A DNA stretch of 55,960 nt from Bacteroidales bacterium. GTDB lineage: Bacteria > Bacteroidota > Bacteroidia > Bacteroidales > VadinHA17. Below are positions 26,981-36,491 of the stretch, in pieces (the first letter of the stretch is position 1; each line of letters begins with the position of its first letter). Location of the stretch: NCBI GenBank assembly GCA_038247205.1, contig JBBRVC010000003.1, forward strand, positions 1 through 55,960, in the 5' to 3' direction. The notes below the pieces were generated by a model. The model saw nothing but the letters and a program-made list of their open reading frames with translations, did no database searches and was not told where the DNA came from. Position numbers and translations under genes: made by a program.

Positions 26981-28411
26981 ATGAATAAGAAAAGAACAAA
27001 AATAGTTGCTACCATTTCAGATAAAAACTGCTCCGTTGAATTTATAAAACAGCTTTATGATGAGGGGATGGATGTTGTCAGGATCAATTCAGCACATCTC
27101 AATCTAGAAGGAGCCCTTAAAATTATCAAAAATGCCCATGAAGTATCAGACAAGATTGCAATTATTATTGATACAAAAGGTCCTGAAATCCGCACTACTG
27201 TCTGTGATACTTTTATTCAGATAAAGAAAGGTGATAAGATAGATATCATCGGTGATCCCGATAAAAAGACCTCAGATAAAACAATTTATGTAACATACAG
27301 GAATTTTTCAACTGACGTCCCACTGGATTCCGCGATAATGCTTGACGATGGTGAAATTGAGCTGAAATCTGTAAGGAGGAATAAAGAAACTCTCGAGTGC
27401 ATCGCACAAAATGACGGTATGCTCGGATCAAGAAAGAGCGTTAATATCCCGGGTGTTAAACTATCGCTTCCTTCTCTGACGGATAAAGACAGGCAGTTTA
27501 TCGAAATGGCTGGAAAAAATGATGTAGACTTCATTGCCCATTCATTTGTAAGATCGAGACAGGATGTTATTGATGTTCAGGCTGTTATTGATAGCTTTAA
27601 GAGTGAATTAAAAATTATTGCCAAAATAGAGAACCAGGAGGGTGTTGAAAATTTCGGTGAGATCCTTGATAATGTATATGGAATCATGGTTGCAAGAGGT
27701 GATTTAGCTATAGAAATTCCCTATGAAAAAATTCCGGGTCTACAGAAAATGATCATATCGAGGTGCATATATATGAGGAAACCTGTAATTGTCGCTACAC
27801 AGATGCTTCACTCGATGATTAATAATCCTCGACCCACAAGGGCAGAAGTAAGTGATATTGCCAGTGCAATTTACTCACAAACAGATGCCATAATGCTCAG
27901 TGGTGAAACTGCAAACGGAAAATATCCTGTTGAGTCGGTTAGAACAATGACAAAGGTAGCCCTGGAAGTAGAAAATAATAAAGAAAAATTTCTTGAGCTT
28001 CCTTATATGAATGTTACCGGAGAGATCTCAGCTTACCTTGCAAAGGTTGCTGTAAAAACTTCATTCAGAATAGGAGCCAAAGCTATTATTGCCGATACCC
28101 TCGGAGGAAGAACTGTAAGAGATATGGCTTCTTATCGTGGCATCAATCTCATTATGGCTCAATGTTATTCTGAAAGAACAATGAGACAGCTCGCGCTTTC
28201 TTACGGTATTTACCCTAGTTATCAGGAGAAACAGGAAACAGTTGATGAGTTTATACATGTTGCTCTGAAAAAACTTGTCAAAACTCATAATCTTAATAAG
28301 GATGATATTATAGTTGTGCTGGCCGGGAACTTTTCAGGAGGTTCCGGTTTCTCCTTTATTGAGGTTGGAACGGTTCAATACCTGAAGGATCGTGTAAGAA
28401 TAAAAGACTGA
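26981..28411 (+). CDS. pyk: Pyruvate kinase
   Basis: RTKIVAT, DTKGPEIRT, IIAKIEN, MVARGDL, ATQMLHSM, PRPTRAEVSD, MLSGETANGKYP. Confidence 0.96.
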   Translation: MNKKRTKIVATISDKNCSVEFIKQLYDEGMDVVRINSAHLNLEGALKIIKNAHEVSDKIAIIIDTKGPEIRTTVCDTFIQIKKGDKIDIIGDPDKKTSDKTIYVTYRNFSTDVPLDSAIMLDDGEIELKSVRRNKETLECIAQNDGMLGSRKSVNIPGVKLSLPSLTDKDRQFIEMAGKNDVDFIAHSFVRSRQDVIDVQAVIDSFKSELKIIAKIENQEGVENFGEILDNVYGIMVARGDLAIEIPYEKIPGLQKMIISRCIYMRKPVIVATQMLHSMINNPRPTRAEVSDIASAIYSQTDAIMLSGETANGKYPVESVRTMTKVALEVENNKEKFLELPYMNVTGEISAYLAKVAVKTSFRIGAKAIIADTLGGRTVRDMASYRGINLIMAQCYSERTMRQLALSYGIYPSYQEKQETVDEFIHVALKKLVKTHNLNKDDIIVVLAGNFSGGSGFSFIEVGTVQYLKDRVRIKD

Positions 28412-28417
28412 TTTCAA

Positions 28418-28433
28418 TTGGTCTGATTTTTGA
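28418..28433 (+). promoter_or_regulatory. Putative sigma-54-like element TTGGTCTGATTTTTGA
   Basis: GG-N10-GA, 30 nt upstream of GTG 28464. Confidence 0.4.
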
Positions 28434-28463
28434 TAAGAATATCACATCTGAAACTTAACAAAA

Positions 28464-28943
28464 GTGATTAAAACTTTGTTTCTTCTTTCATGGCTGGTTT
28501 TGCACCCGGTGCATGTAACTGTTACTAGCATTGAATATATTCCTGAATTGAAAGCATATAAGGTATTTTTAAAGATGTATCACGACGATTTCCTGCTTGA
28601 TCTCGAAAAGAATAATATGGACTCTTTGATTAATATTTACTCGAAAAATGGTACCTTGCATAATGCTATCGTAAGTAAGTATCTTGATAGGAATTTGTTG
28701 TTGTTTGAGGATCAGTATAAGCTAAAAAGAGAAGTTGATGATGTAATGATTACTGACGGAGAAATTGTGGTCAACCTTAAATATAAATCAGAGAAAAAAC
28801 CAGGTTCTTTAACCGTCAGGAACCTGATAATGACCGGACTTTACAGTGATCAGGCAAATATGATGATTGTTAAGGTTAATACTATTGAAGAGGGTATCAG
28901 GCTCACTCCTGAAAAGACCGAACAAACCTTTATTATTAATTGA
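28464..28943 (+). CDS. Exported protein, DUF6702-like
   Basis: Short hydrophobic leader then HPVHVTVTSIEY, DDF, N..MT.LY.DQ.N pattern; GTG start. Confidence 0.65.
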   Translation: MIKTLFLLSWLVLHPVHVTVTSIEYIPELKAYKVFLKMYHDDFLLDLEKNNMDSLINIYSKNGTLHNAIVSKYLDRNLLLFEDQYKLKREVDDVMITDGEIVVNLKYKSEKKPGSLTVRNLIMTGLYSDQANMMIVKVNTIEEGIRLTPEKTEQTFIIN

Positions 28944-28967
28944 TACATGGTTGTTAAGAAACTTTCT

Positions 28968-31577
28968 ATGAAGAAATTTTTATTGCTGCTCTTAGCATTA
29001 TTCATTCTCTCTGATCTGTCCGCAACTCATAACAGGGCAGGTGAAATTACTTACGTACAGTTATCAGATCTTACATATGAAGTTACGATAACGACCTTTA
29101 CTTATTCTCTGAGTTTTGCTGACCGGCCTTCTCTTGATGTAGAATGGGGCGATAATTCTACTTCTACTGCCCAGCGCATAGAAAGAATAAGTCTGCCAAA
29201 CTATTACAGAAAAAACGTATATAAAATAAACCATACTTTTCCTGGACCGGGTATTTACAGAATTGTTGTTCAGGATCCTAACAGAAATGCCGGGGTAAAG
29301 AATATTCCAAACTCGGTCAATGTTGTCTTTTCAATTTCAACAATCCTGATAGTCAATCCTGCAATGGGACGGAACAGCACACCTGTTTTACTTAATCCCC
29401 CTTATGATAAAGCCGCTCTTGGATATATCTTTATTCATAATCCTGCTGCTTTTGATCCCGACGGTGACAGCCTTTCCTACCAGCTTACCATATGTACCAG
29501 GGAAGATGGAAAACCTATTGAGGGTTATACTTTTCCTCCCGCAACTAATTCGTTAAGAGTAGATTCACTCAATGGCGACCTGATATGGGATACTCCTGCT
29601 GATACAGGCACCTATAATATTGCTATGGAGATACAGGAATGGAGGAATGGAGTGAAGATAGGTGTAGTAGTTCGTGACATGCAGATTGAAGTTTATAGTA
29701 CAAACAATAAACCGCCGGTAAACAGCGATCTTAAGGATGCATGTATTGAGGCAGGAGATACCCTGGAATTCGTTTTTTCAGCAACTGACGTAAATAATGA
29801 TCTTCTGAGTCTGCAGGCTACCTCAGGAATATTCCAGATAGCAGCCTGTCCTGCAACTTTCACCAAAATCGATTCCACTCCCGGCTTTGCCTCAGCACTG
29901 TTCAGATGGGTGCCATGCCATGCCTCAGTTAGAAATCAGCCTTATGATATTTTATTTAAGTCTGATGACTATAATCCTGATATAAAGCTCTCCGATATTC
30001 ATAATATGAAAATCAAAGTGCTTGGTCCGTCTCCTGTAATAAACAGTGCAGTTCCTGAGGGTAAGTTCATACGGTTGGAATGGGAAAATTACGGAACAAA
30101 TGTAATTTCCGGCTTCAGTATTTACAGAAGAGAGGGAACATCCACCCTTGTTCCGGATTCATGTACATCAGGAGTGCCTTCTTCTTCAGGTTTTATTAAA
30201 GTCGGATATATAGCGGGCAGTTCAACTGTATCATTTGTAGATACAGATAACGGGAGAGGCCTTCAGTTCGGTAAAGAATACTCTTACAGAATAGTTGCAG
30301 TGTATCCGAATGGGACTGAAAGCAAATCATCAAATGAGATATCTTCTATGCTTGTTTCAGGCTTACCGGTAATAAAAAATGTTAGTGTCAGAACCACAAG
30401 CTCTACCAACGGATCTGTTTTTATTTCATGGAAGAAACCTGGCCGGCTGGATACAATTCCGGCAACCGGTCCTTATGAGTATCTCATTTACAGGGCTGTA
30501 GGGATTTCAGGTGTCTCATTTCAGCAGGTAAGATCAATAATTACATCTGATCTTAATGATACTATTTTCGTTGATACATTAATCAATACATCAGCTCAGG
30601 GATTTCTATACAAGATCGAGCTGTACAATAATGCTCCCGGGAACAGATTTTTAGTTGGCGAGCCTGCTTTCGCATCGTCAGTATTTTTAACTGCAGTCCC
30701 TGGCGACAGGAAAGTCAGGTTCGTTATAAGCCGGAATGTTCCGTGGATCAATACAAGTTATGATTTCTTCCGACTGAATGAAACTACGATGATATACGAT
30801 TCAATAGGTTCTTCAAACATACTCGAATTTACTGATATTAACCTTGTTAATGGGAATGAATATTGCTATTACGTACGTTCTGTGGGTTCATACCCTTCTG
30901 AAAATATGCCCAAAAACCTTATTAATTTATCTCAGATTACTTGTGTTACACCTGTTGATAATGAACCGCCATGTCCTCCTGAAATAAATGTTGTAAGTCA
31001 GTGCGACAGTCTGTATAATACAATATCGTGGTACATTGCCGATACAACATGTACGAAGGATATAGCCGGTTACAGATTATATTATAAATTAACTTATGAG
31101 GAGAATCTTACACTTCTTGCAACAATTGATGATAAAAATATCTTTACATACAGACATAATCCCGGTGAGGTAATCTCAGGCTGTTATGCTGTGTCTTCTT
31201 TTGACCTGAATAATAATGAGGGCGAAAAATCATTAATGGTATGTGTCGATTCTTGTGATTTTTTTGAAATCCCGAACGTATTCACTCCAAACGGAGATGA
31301 CATAAATGATTTTCTTGTGGCAAAAACTTCAGGTCTGGTTGAAAGAATAGATATTAAAATATTTAATAGAAATGGATTGCTGATATACCAGACTGAAGAT
31401 CCTAAGATAAACTGGGATGGTACTTATAAAGGAAAAATTGTTTCTCCGGGGGTGTACTTTTACCAATGCGATGTTTTCGAGAATCGAATTTCAGGACTTG
31501 AGCAATTTCATCTAACCGGCTTTGTTCATGTGATTACTGAGGAGGGTGCACAGACAAATAAAATCGAAACAAAATAA
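28968..31577 (+). CDS. T9SS cargo with type-B (gliding motility-associated) C-terminal sorting domain and FN3-like repeats
   Basis: Signal peptide, ATHNRAGEITY N-terminus, DPDGDSLSY, and CTD FEIPNVFTPNGDDINDF...IFNRNG...NWDGTYKG...GVYFY. Alternative ATG at 28947. Confidence 0.9.
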   Translation: MKKFLLLLLALFILSDLSATHNRAGEITYVQLSDLTYEVTITTFTYSLSFADRPSLDVEWGDNSTSTAQRIERISLPNYYRKNVYKINHTFPGPGIYRIVVQDPNRNAGVKNIPNSVNVVFSISTILIVNPAMGRNSTPVLLNPPYDKAALGYIFIHNPAAFDPDGDSLSYQLTICTREDGKPIEGYTFPPATNSLRVDSLNGDLIWDTPADTGTYNIAMEIQEWRNGVKIGVVVRDMQIEVYSTNNKPPVNSDLKDACIEAGDTLEFVFSATDVNNDLLSLQATSGIFQIAACPATFTKIDSTPGFASALFRWVPCHASVRNQPYDILFKSDDYNPDIKLSDIHNMKIKVLGPSPVINSAVPEGKFIRLEWENYGTNVISGFSIYRREGTSTLVPDSCTSGVPSSSGFIKVGYIAGSSTVSFVDTDNGRGLQFGKEYSYRIVAVYPNGTESKSSNEISSMLVSGLPVIKNVSVRTTSSTNGSVFISWKKPGRLDTIPATGPYEYLIYRAVGISGVSFQQVRSIITSDLNDTIFVDTLINTSAQGFLYKIELYNNAPGNRFLVGEPAFASSVFLTAVPGDRKVRFVISRNVPWINTSYDFFRLNETTMIYDSIGSSNILEFTDINLVNGNEYCYYVRSVGSYPSENMPKNLINLSQITCVTPVDNEPPCPPEINVVSQCDSLYNTISWYIADTTCTKDIAGYRLYYKLTYEENLTLLATIDDKNIFTYRHNPGEVISGCYAVSSFDLNNNEGEKSLMVCVDSCDFFEIPNVFTPNGDDINDFLVAKTSGLVERIDIKIFNRNGLLIYQTEDPKINWDGTYKGKIVSPGVYFYQCDVFENRISGLEQFHLTGFVHVITEEGAQTNKIETK

Positions 31578-31593
31578 TTTGAAAGTTTCAGAA

Positions 31594-32796
31594 ATGAATA
31601 AAATATTGATTTTCTGCGTAATAATGATGTTTCCCGGAATAATTTCAGGACAAACGCTTGATATTCTCCTGAAGGCAAATGCACTCACAACAAGTGGTAA
31701 ACCTGAAATGGCTATTGAATTATTATCCGGGGCCCTTAATGAAAATGCCAATGATGCCAGAATTTATCAAGAGAGAGCTGAGGCAAAGCAGATGAAGGGT
31801 GATTATGATGGAGCTATAAGTGATTATGGAAAAGCAAACCATTTATCTCCCGGTTCCGGTGAATTTGGACTGGCAAGGATCTACTCACTCAGAGGTGACG
31901 TTTCTTCTGCAATTTCACATCTTGAGAGAAATCTAAGTTCTTCATACAGGAAAAGTGAAAAGGAGATACTACTGGATCCTTCATTCTCCATAATTGAAAA
32001 CAGGCCGGAATGGCGCCAATTTTTGAAAAAGGAATGGTATCCTGATTCAGAAAAAGGAATCTCTGAAATTGAATATTATATATCGACAGGAAGCATAGCT
32101 GAGGCGAAGAATGTACTTTCTGAATTAAGAGCAAATTACAAGAGTGATACGCCGGTTTTCTATGGAGATGCTTTGGTCAGCTATTCAGAGGGCCGATATT
32201 CTGATGCCGTTAGAATACTTTCAGAATTGGTAAATTCTGATGAAAAAAACGAAAGATATCTGCGTCTTCTGGCAAAAGCACAAACAGGTAATAAAAATCC
32301 TTCAGGTGCATCAGATGTTTATACAAAAATGTTGAATCTTGAATTCCAGGACGCTTCTTTACTGATTTTAAGAGCTGAATGTTACCTGAAAACAGGAGAA
32401 GCAAACAAAGCTTCAATTGACCTTGAAAGATATCTGAATATTGTTCCCGATGATAAAACAGCTATCAGTCTGGCCGGCAAAGTGGAAGTAGCTTCGGGTG
32501 ATAATCTTAAAGCTCTGAGTTATTTTTCCAGGAATCTTGAACTTCATCCGGATGATCCTCAATGCTACACAGACAGGGCTAATGCTTACTTTTTGTCCAA
32601 AACATGGGATTGGGCAATTAAAGATTATACTATGGCACTTGATCTTAATCCCGGCAGTTCTGAGATTTGGCTTAGCAAAGGAATTTCTTTGCTAAATTCA
32701 GGAAAAAAGGAAGATGCATGTCATGATTTCAGAAGATCATTCAGCCTTGGCAACAAGAAAGCGGCTGATTTTATCAGCAGAAATTGCATTAAATAG
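31594..32796 (+). CDS. Exported tetratricopeptide repeat protein
   Basis: Signal peptide; repeated GDYDGAISDY, WDWAIKDYTMALDLNP, ACHDF TPR helices; ATG 31594. Confidence 0.85.
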   Translation: MNKILIFCVIMMFPGIISGQTLDILLKANALTTSGKPEMAIELLSGALNENANDARIYQERAEAKQMKGDYDGAISDYGKANHLSPGSGEFGLARIYSLRGDVSSAISHLERNLSSSYRKSEKEILLDPSFSIIENRPEWRQFLKKEWYPDSEKGISEIEYYISTGSIAEAKNVLSELRANYKSDTPVFYGDALVSYSEGRYSDAVRILSELVNSDEKNERYLRLLAKAQTGNKNPSGASDVYTKMLNLEFQDASLLILRAECYLKTGEANKASIDLERYLNIVPDDKTAISLAGKVEVASGDNLKALSYFSRNLELHPDDPQCYTDRANAYFLSKTWDWAIKDYTMALDLNPGSSEIWLSKGISLLNSGKKEDACHDFRRSFSLGNKKAADFISRNCIK

Positions 32797-32823
32797 CTCA
32801 TTTAAAGGTGTTAGAGTTTGAAT

Positions 32824-35694
32824 CTACCTTGTATGCTTCAATATCCTCTCAAAAAGGTCATGGGGTTTGAAAGGTTTCAGCACATAATCGTTTATTTCCA
32901 GATTGTCTATCTTATCATGACTTTCAGACATAATTGCTGCTGTCAGAGCTACTATCGGAATATTTTTTATCTGTGGATCAGCTGAACTTCTTATAATTTT
33001 AGTTGCTTCTATTCCATCCAGAACAGGCATATGAAGGTCCATAAGTATCAGGTCAAACTTTTCCGTTTCCAGAAGATCAACCGCAATCTGTCCATTTTCC
33101 GCATGGGTTACGGAGATGCCCCATCCGGTCAGGAACTTATTTGCTACAAAGAAATTGATCTTATTATCTTCCGCAATCAGGATTCGTTTTCCTTCCAGAC
33201 CGGTATAAGATTCAGGGATATCTGCGGTAATAATACTGGTCTTTTTGTCAGAGATTTCAAATGTCAGAGTAAAACCGAATGTTGAACCTTTCCCGAGTTC
33301 GCTTTCAAGGGTTAGCGACCCGCCTTGGAGCTCAATAAGATTCTTACATATTGCCAGCCCCAGACCTGTGCCGCCAAAGTATCTTGTTGTATCAGTTGAG
33401 GCCTGGGTGAAGCTCTCGAAGATAGCAGAATGCTTTTCACTTGCAATGCCTATACCTGTGTCGCGTACCAGAAATTCGATGATCGATTTGTTTCCTTTTC
33501 TTCCGACTTCATTGACAAATACCGTAATTTCTCCTGAATAGGTAAATTTCAATGCATTGGATAAGAGGTTGGAAAGTATTTGATTTAACCTTATCTGGTC
33601 ACCAATAACTTCAACCGGCAAATTACTCTTTCTGATTAATTTAAATCCAAGATGCTTCGATTTGGACCTGAAAGCATAAGATCTCATTATTTCATCGAGG
33701 AAGTCATTAAAATTGAACTGTGCCTGTTCAAAAACAATCTTCCCTGATTCCATTTTATTATAATCAAGAACATCATTTACCAATGTCAGCAGATGATTTC
33801 CTGAGAATTTGAGAGTCTTTATAAAATCCATCTGATCGGGCCTTGGAGTGCCTTGCAAAAGCAGATTGGTTATGCCGATAACTTCATTTAGTGGAGTCCT
33901 TATCTCATGGCTCATAGTTGACATGAACTGCTGTTTCGTCTGGGCAGCTTCCTCTGCTTTTTGTCGTGCCTGAATAAGATTATCAAGCATTCTCCTTCGC
34001 TGAATTGCGATAGCTATCTGGTTCGCAATGAAATCAAGAACATAAAGATCATCCTGAGTAAACTTATTTTCATCATAATAGTCCTGAAGACACATTACTC
34101 CGATACATTCATTTTCAATATTTAATGGAACACCCATCCATACTTTGCATGGAGTTCCAACAAGGTCAATATCGCCCGCCTCTTCCATTAACTTAAGATC
34201 TGATTCTCTTAAGAGAACAGCCTTATTGTGTTTGATAACCCAGCCAGTAATTGTTTTCTCAGCTGGGATTTCATTAAAATCATCTTTTTCATCCGCAAAA
34301 AATGGAAGTGACAGAGTTTCAGAACTTTTATCGTATAAGGCAATAAAAAAGTTATTTGTATCCCATATCTTGCCTACTTCATGAACGATAATAGGATAAA
34401 GGTCCTTTATATCAAATTGACGGAGGGCTGCAGTTGAAATATTGAAAAGTATTTCCTGAAGAAGCTGATTTTTTCTTTCAATGGTAATGTCACGATATAT
34501 GCCAAGAAAAGCTACCGGTTTACTGTTAATGGCAACTGCTGTAGCAATCAGAGAAACATGTATCCTTTTGCCATACTTATCTTTCCTGATGGTTTGCCTT
34601 ATAACCTTTTGATCCTTTGTTGCCTGATTAAGAATAGATATGGCTTCCTCCTTAAGGTCGTCAGGTACAATCAAATCGTCAATATATCTGTTTATTGATT
34701 CATCTGCACTATATCCAAAAAGTTTTGAAAACTCTTTATTTACCATTGTAATTTTACCCGGAAAATCAGAAATAGCAATAGCTTCGGGTGTAGAATCAAT
34801 AAGATGTTCAAGAAAGGCTTTCTCTCTTTTTATTTGATTCTCAAATAGTTTCTGTTTGCTAATATCTGAGATAACACCTCTGTATCCTATTATCTTCTCC
34901 GCATGAAATTTTGGGAATGAATGAGTTAAGACCGGAACTATGGTCCCATCTTTCTTTTTGCCAAAATACTCGTTGCTTGATACCTGGTCATGCTTAGTTA
35001 GTGTTTTAAGATTCTCGATCACTCGACGGAAACTATCAGGAAAAATTTCAGCAATAGATAATCCTTTATCAAGGTTTTCTCTGGAGTAGCCAAAAAAATT
35101 CAGTCCCTGCTTATTTGCATACAGAATCTTTCCATGGAGGTCGACCTCATACACCATCTCAGGCAGGTAGTCAGCGAATTTTTCAAATACAACTGTCTGT
35201 TTGTAAATATCATCAGTATTCCTTTGCTGGCGGCCAGGCTCCCATGTTATAACAAAATCACCGGAAGTGAGTATGAATCCCATATAATAGCCTTCGGAAT
35301 CATCACCTTTAGGAGATGCCGCCAGTTTATGAGATTCTCCGGTTATCCTCAAATGATGCAGGAGCTCAATAAGTTTTATACGACCTGCCAGCGGTGTCTC
35401 ATCAATCCATTTACCGATAACATCGTCTTTTTTAATAAACTCAACTTCTTCAACCCTGCTGTTTAAATCTATTATTCGAAACTTATTACCATCCCCATAA
35501 CTAAAGAGTGCCAGATAACTAGTAACGGTATTGAATATCTCGTCAAGTATATCCCCCTTGCTTTCCCTGATCTTTTTATCTCTCCAAACCGGACTGCCAT
35601 CCGTACGAGCTGATTCTGAAAGGAATCCTTTAAGCTCCTTTTCCAAAAGCTTGTTTTTTTCAAGAAGGGATTCATATCTTTCCTTATAATCCAT
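32824..35694 (-). CDS. Cytoplasmic hybrid sensor histidine kinase (PAS-PAS-GAF-HisKA-HATPase-REC)
   Basis: H-box MSHEIRTPLN, N-box NLLSNALKFT, DTGIGI, GGTGLGLAI, receiver LIAEDN...LILMDLHMP...LKPF; no TM segments seen. Confidence 0.92.
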   Translation of the reverse strand: MDYKERYESLLEKNKLLEKELKGFLSESARTDGSPVWRDKKIRESKGDILDEIFNTVTSYLALFSYGDGNKFRIIDLNSRVEEVEFIKKDDVIGKWIDETPLAGRIKLIELLHHLRITGESHKLAASPKGDDSEGYYMGFILTSGDFVITWEPGRQQRNTDDIYKQTVVFEKFADYLPEMVYEVDLHGKILYANKQGLNFFGYSRENLDKGLSIAEIFPDSFRRVIENLKTLTKHDQVSSNEYFGKKKDGTIVPVLTHSFPKFHAEKIIGYRGVISDISKQKLFENQIKREKAFLEHLIDSTPEAIAISDFPGKITMVNKEFSKLFGYSADESINRYIDDLIVPDDLKEEAISILNQATKDQKVIRQTIRKDKYGKRIHVSLIATAVAINSKPVAFLGIYRDITIERKNQLLQEILFNISTAALRQFDIKDLYPIIVHEVGKIWDTNNFFIALYDKSSETLSLPFFADEKDDFNEIPAEKTITGWVIKHNKAVLLRESDLKLMEEAGDIDLVGTPCKVWMGVPLNIENECIGVMCLQDYYDENKFTQDDLYVLDFIANQIAIAIQRRRMLDNLIQARQKAEEAAQTKQQFMSTMSHEIRTPLNEVIGITNLLLQGTPRPDQMDFIKTLKFSGNHLLTLVNDVLDYNKMESGKIVFEQAQFNFNDFLDEIMRSYAFRSKSKHLGFKLIRKSNLPVEVIGDQIRLNQILSNLLSNALKFTYSGEITVFVNEVGRKGNKSIIEFLVRDTGIGIASEKHSAIFESFTQASTDTTRYFGGTGLGLAICKNLIELQGGSLTLESELGKGSTFGFTLTFEISDKKTSIITADIPESYTGLEGKRILIAEDNKINFFVANKFLTGWGISVTHAENGQIAVDLLETEKFDLILMDLHMPVLDGIEATKIIRSSADPQIKNIPIVALTAAIMSESHDKIDNLEINDYVLKPFKPHDLFERILKHTR

Positions 35695-35779
35695 CTGTCT
35701 GCCGGTTGTAATTCCGAAATAAAAATATAAATTATGATTTAATACAGAATTATTTTTGCTTCAAATGTAATCTTATTTC

Positions 35780-36427
35780 TTACTTATTCTTTTTCTTTTC
35801 AGAGTAATATCTGCAGTAATTTTTAATTCCACATTGTTCACATAGCGGATTCTTTGCCTTGCAGATATATCTGCCATGCAATATAAGCCAGTGATGTGCC
35901 AGATGCATAAGCTCGGGCTTTATATTGGCCGAAAGCTGCATCTCCACGCTAAGGGGAGTTTTGGCATTCATTACAAGCCCCGTTCTTACCGACACTCTGA
36001 ACACATGTGTATCAACCGCAATTACAGGTTTTCCATAAATGACTGATGCTACAACATTTGCTGTTTTGCGACCCACCCCAGGAAGCCGTTGCAAAATAGC
36101 AGGTTCGGCAGGGACTATACCTCCGAACTCATCGGCTAACATCCTTGCCATAGCAGATAAATGTTTTGATTTATTATTCGGATAAGTACATGATTTTATA
36201 TACTCGAAAATTTCCTCCGGTCTGGCCATGGCCATTGATTCAGCATCTGGATATTTTGCTAATAAGGCAGGTGTTATCATATTGACTCTCTTGTCGGTAC
36301 ATTGTGCAGAAAGAATTACCGATACAATAAGTTCAAAGGGGTTACTGTAAACAAGTTCAGTTTCAGCCAGGGGGAAATTTTTACTAAAATACTCAATGAT
36401 CCCGCGATATCTTTCTTTTTTTGTCAT
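35780..36427 (-). CDS. nth: Endonuclease III
   Basis: LSAQCTDKRVN, HhH LPGVGRKTANV, AVDTHVFRV, [4Fe-4S] motif C-X6-C-X2-C-X5-C (CKAKNPLCEQCGIKNYC). Confidence 0.96.
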   Translation of the reverse strand: MTKKERYRGIIEYFSKNFPLAETELVYSNPFELIVSVILSAQCTDKRVNMITPALLAKYPDAESMAMARPEEIFEYIKSCTYPNNKSKHLSAMARMLADEFGGIVPAEPAILQRLPGVGRKTANVVASVIYGKPVIAVDTHVFRVSVRTGLVMNAKTPLSVEMQLSANIKPELMHLAHHWLILHGRYICKAKNPLCEQCGIKNYCRYYSEKKKNK

Positions 36428-36466
36428 CCTTTCGAAAATATAATGCAGTGGTAAAGTAACACTTTT

Positions 36467-36474
36467 TATCTTTG
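36467..36474 (+). promoter_or_regulatory. -7 element (TATCTTTG) for the ABC-F gene
   Basis: TAnnTTTG match 17 nt upstream of ATG 36492. Confidence 0.5.
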
Positions 36475-36491
36475 CAGAATATTGGTTAATT

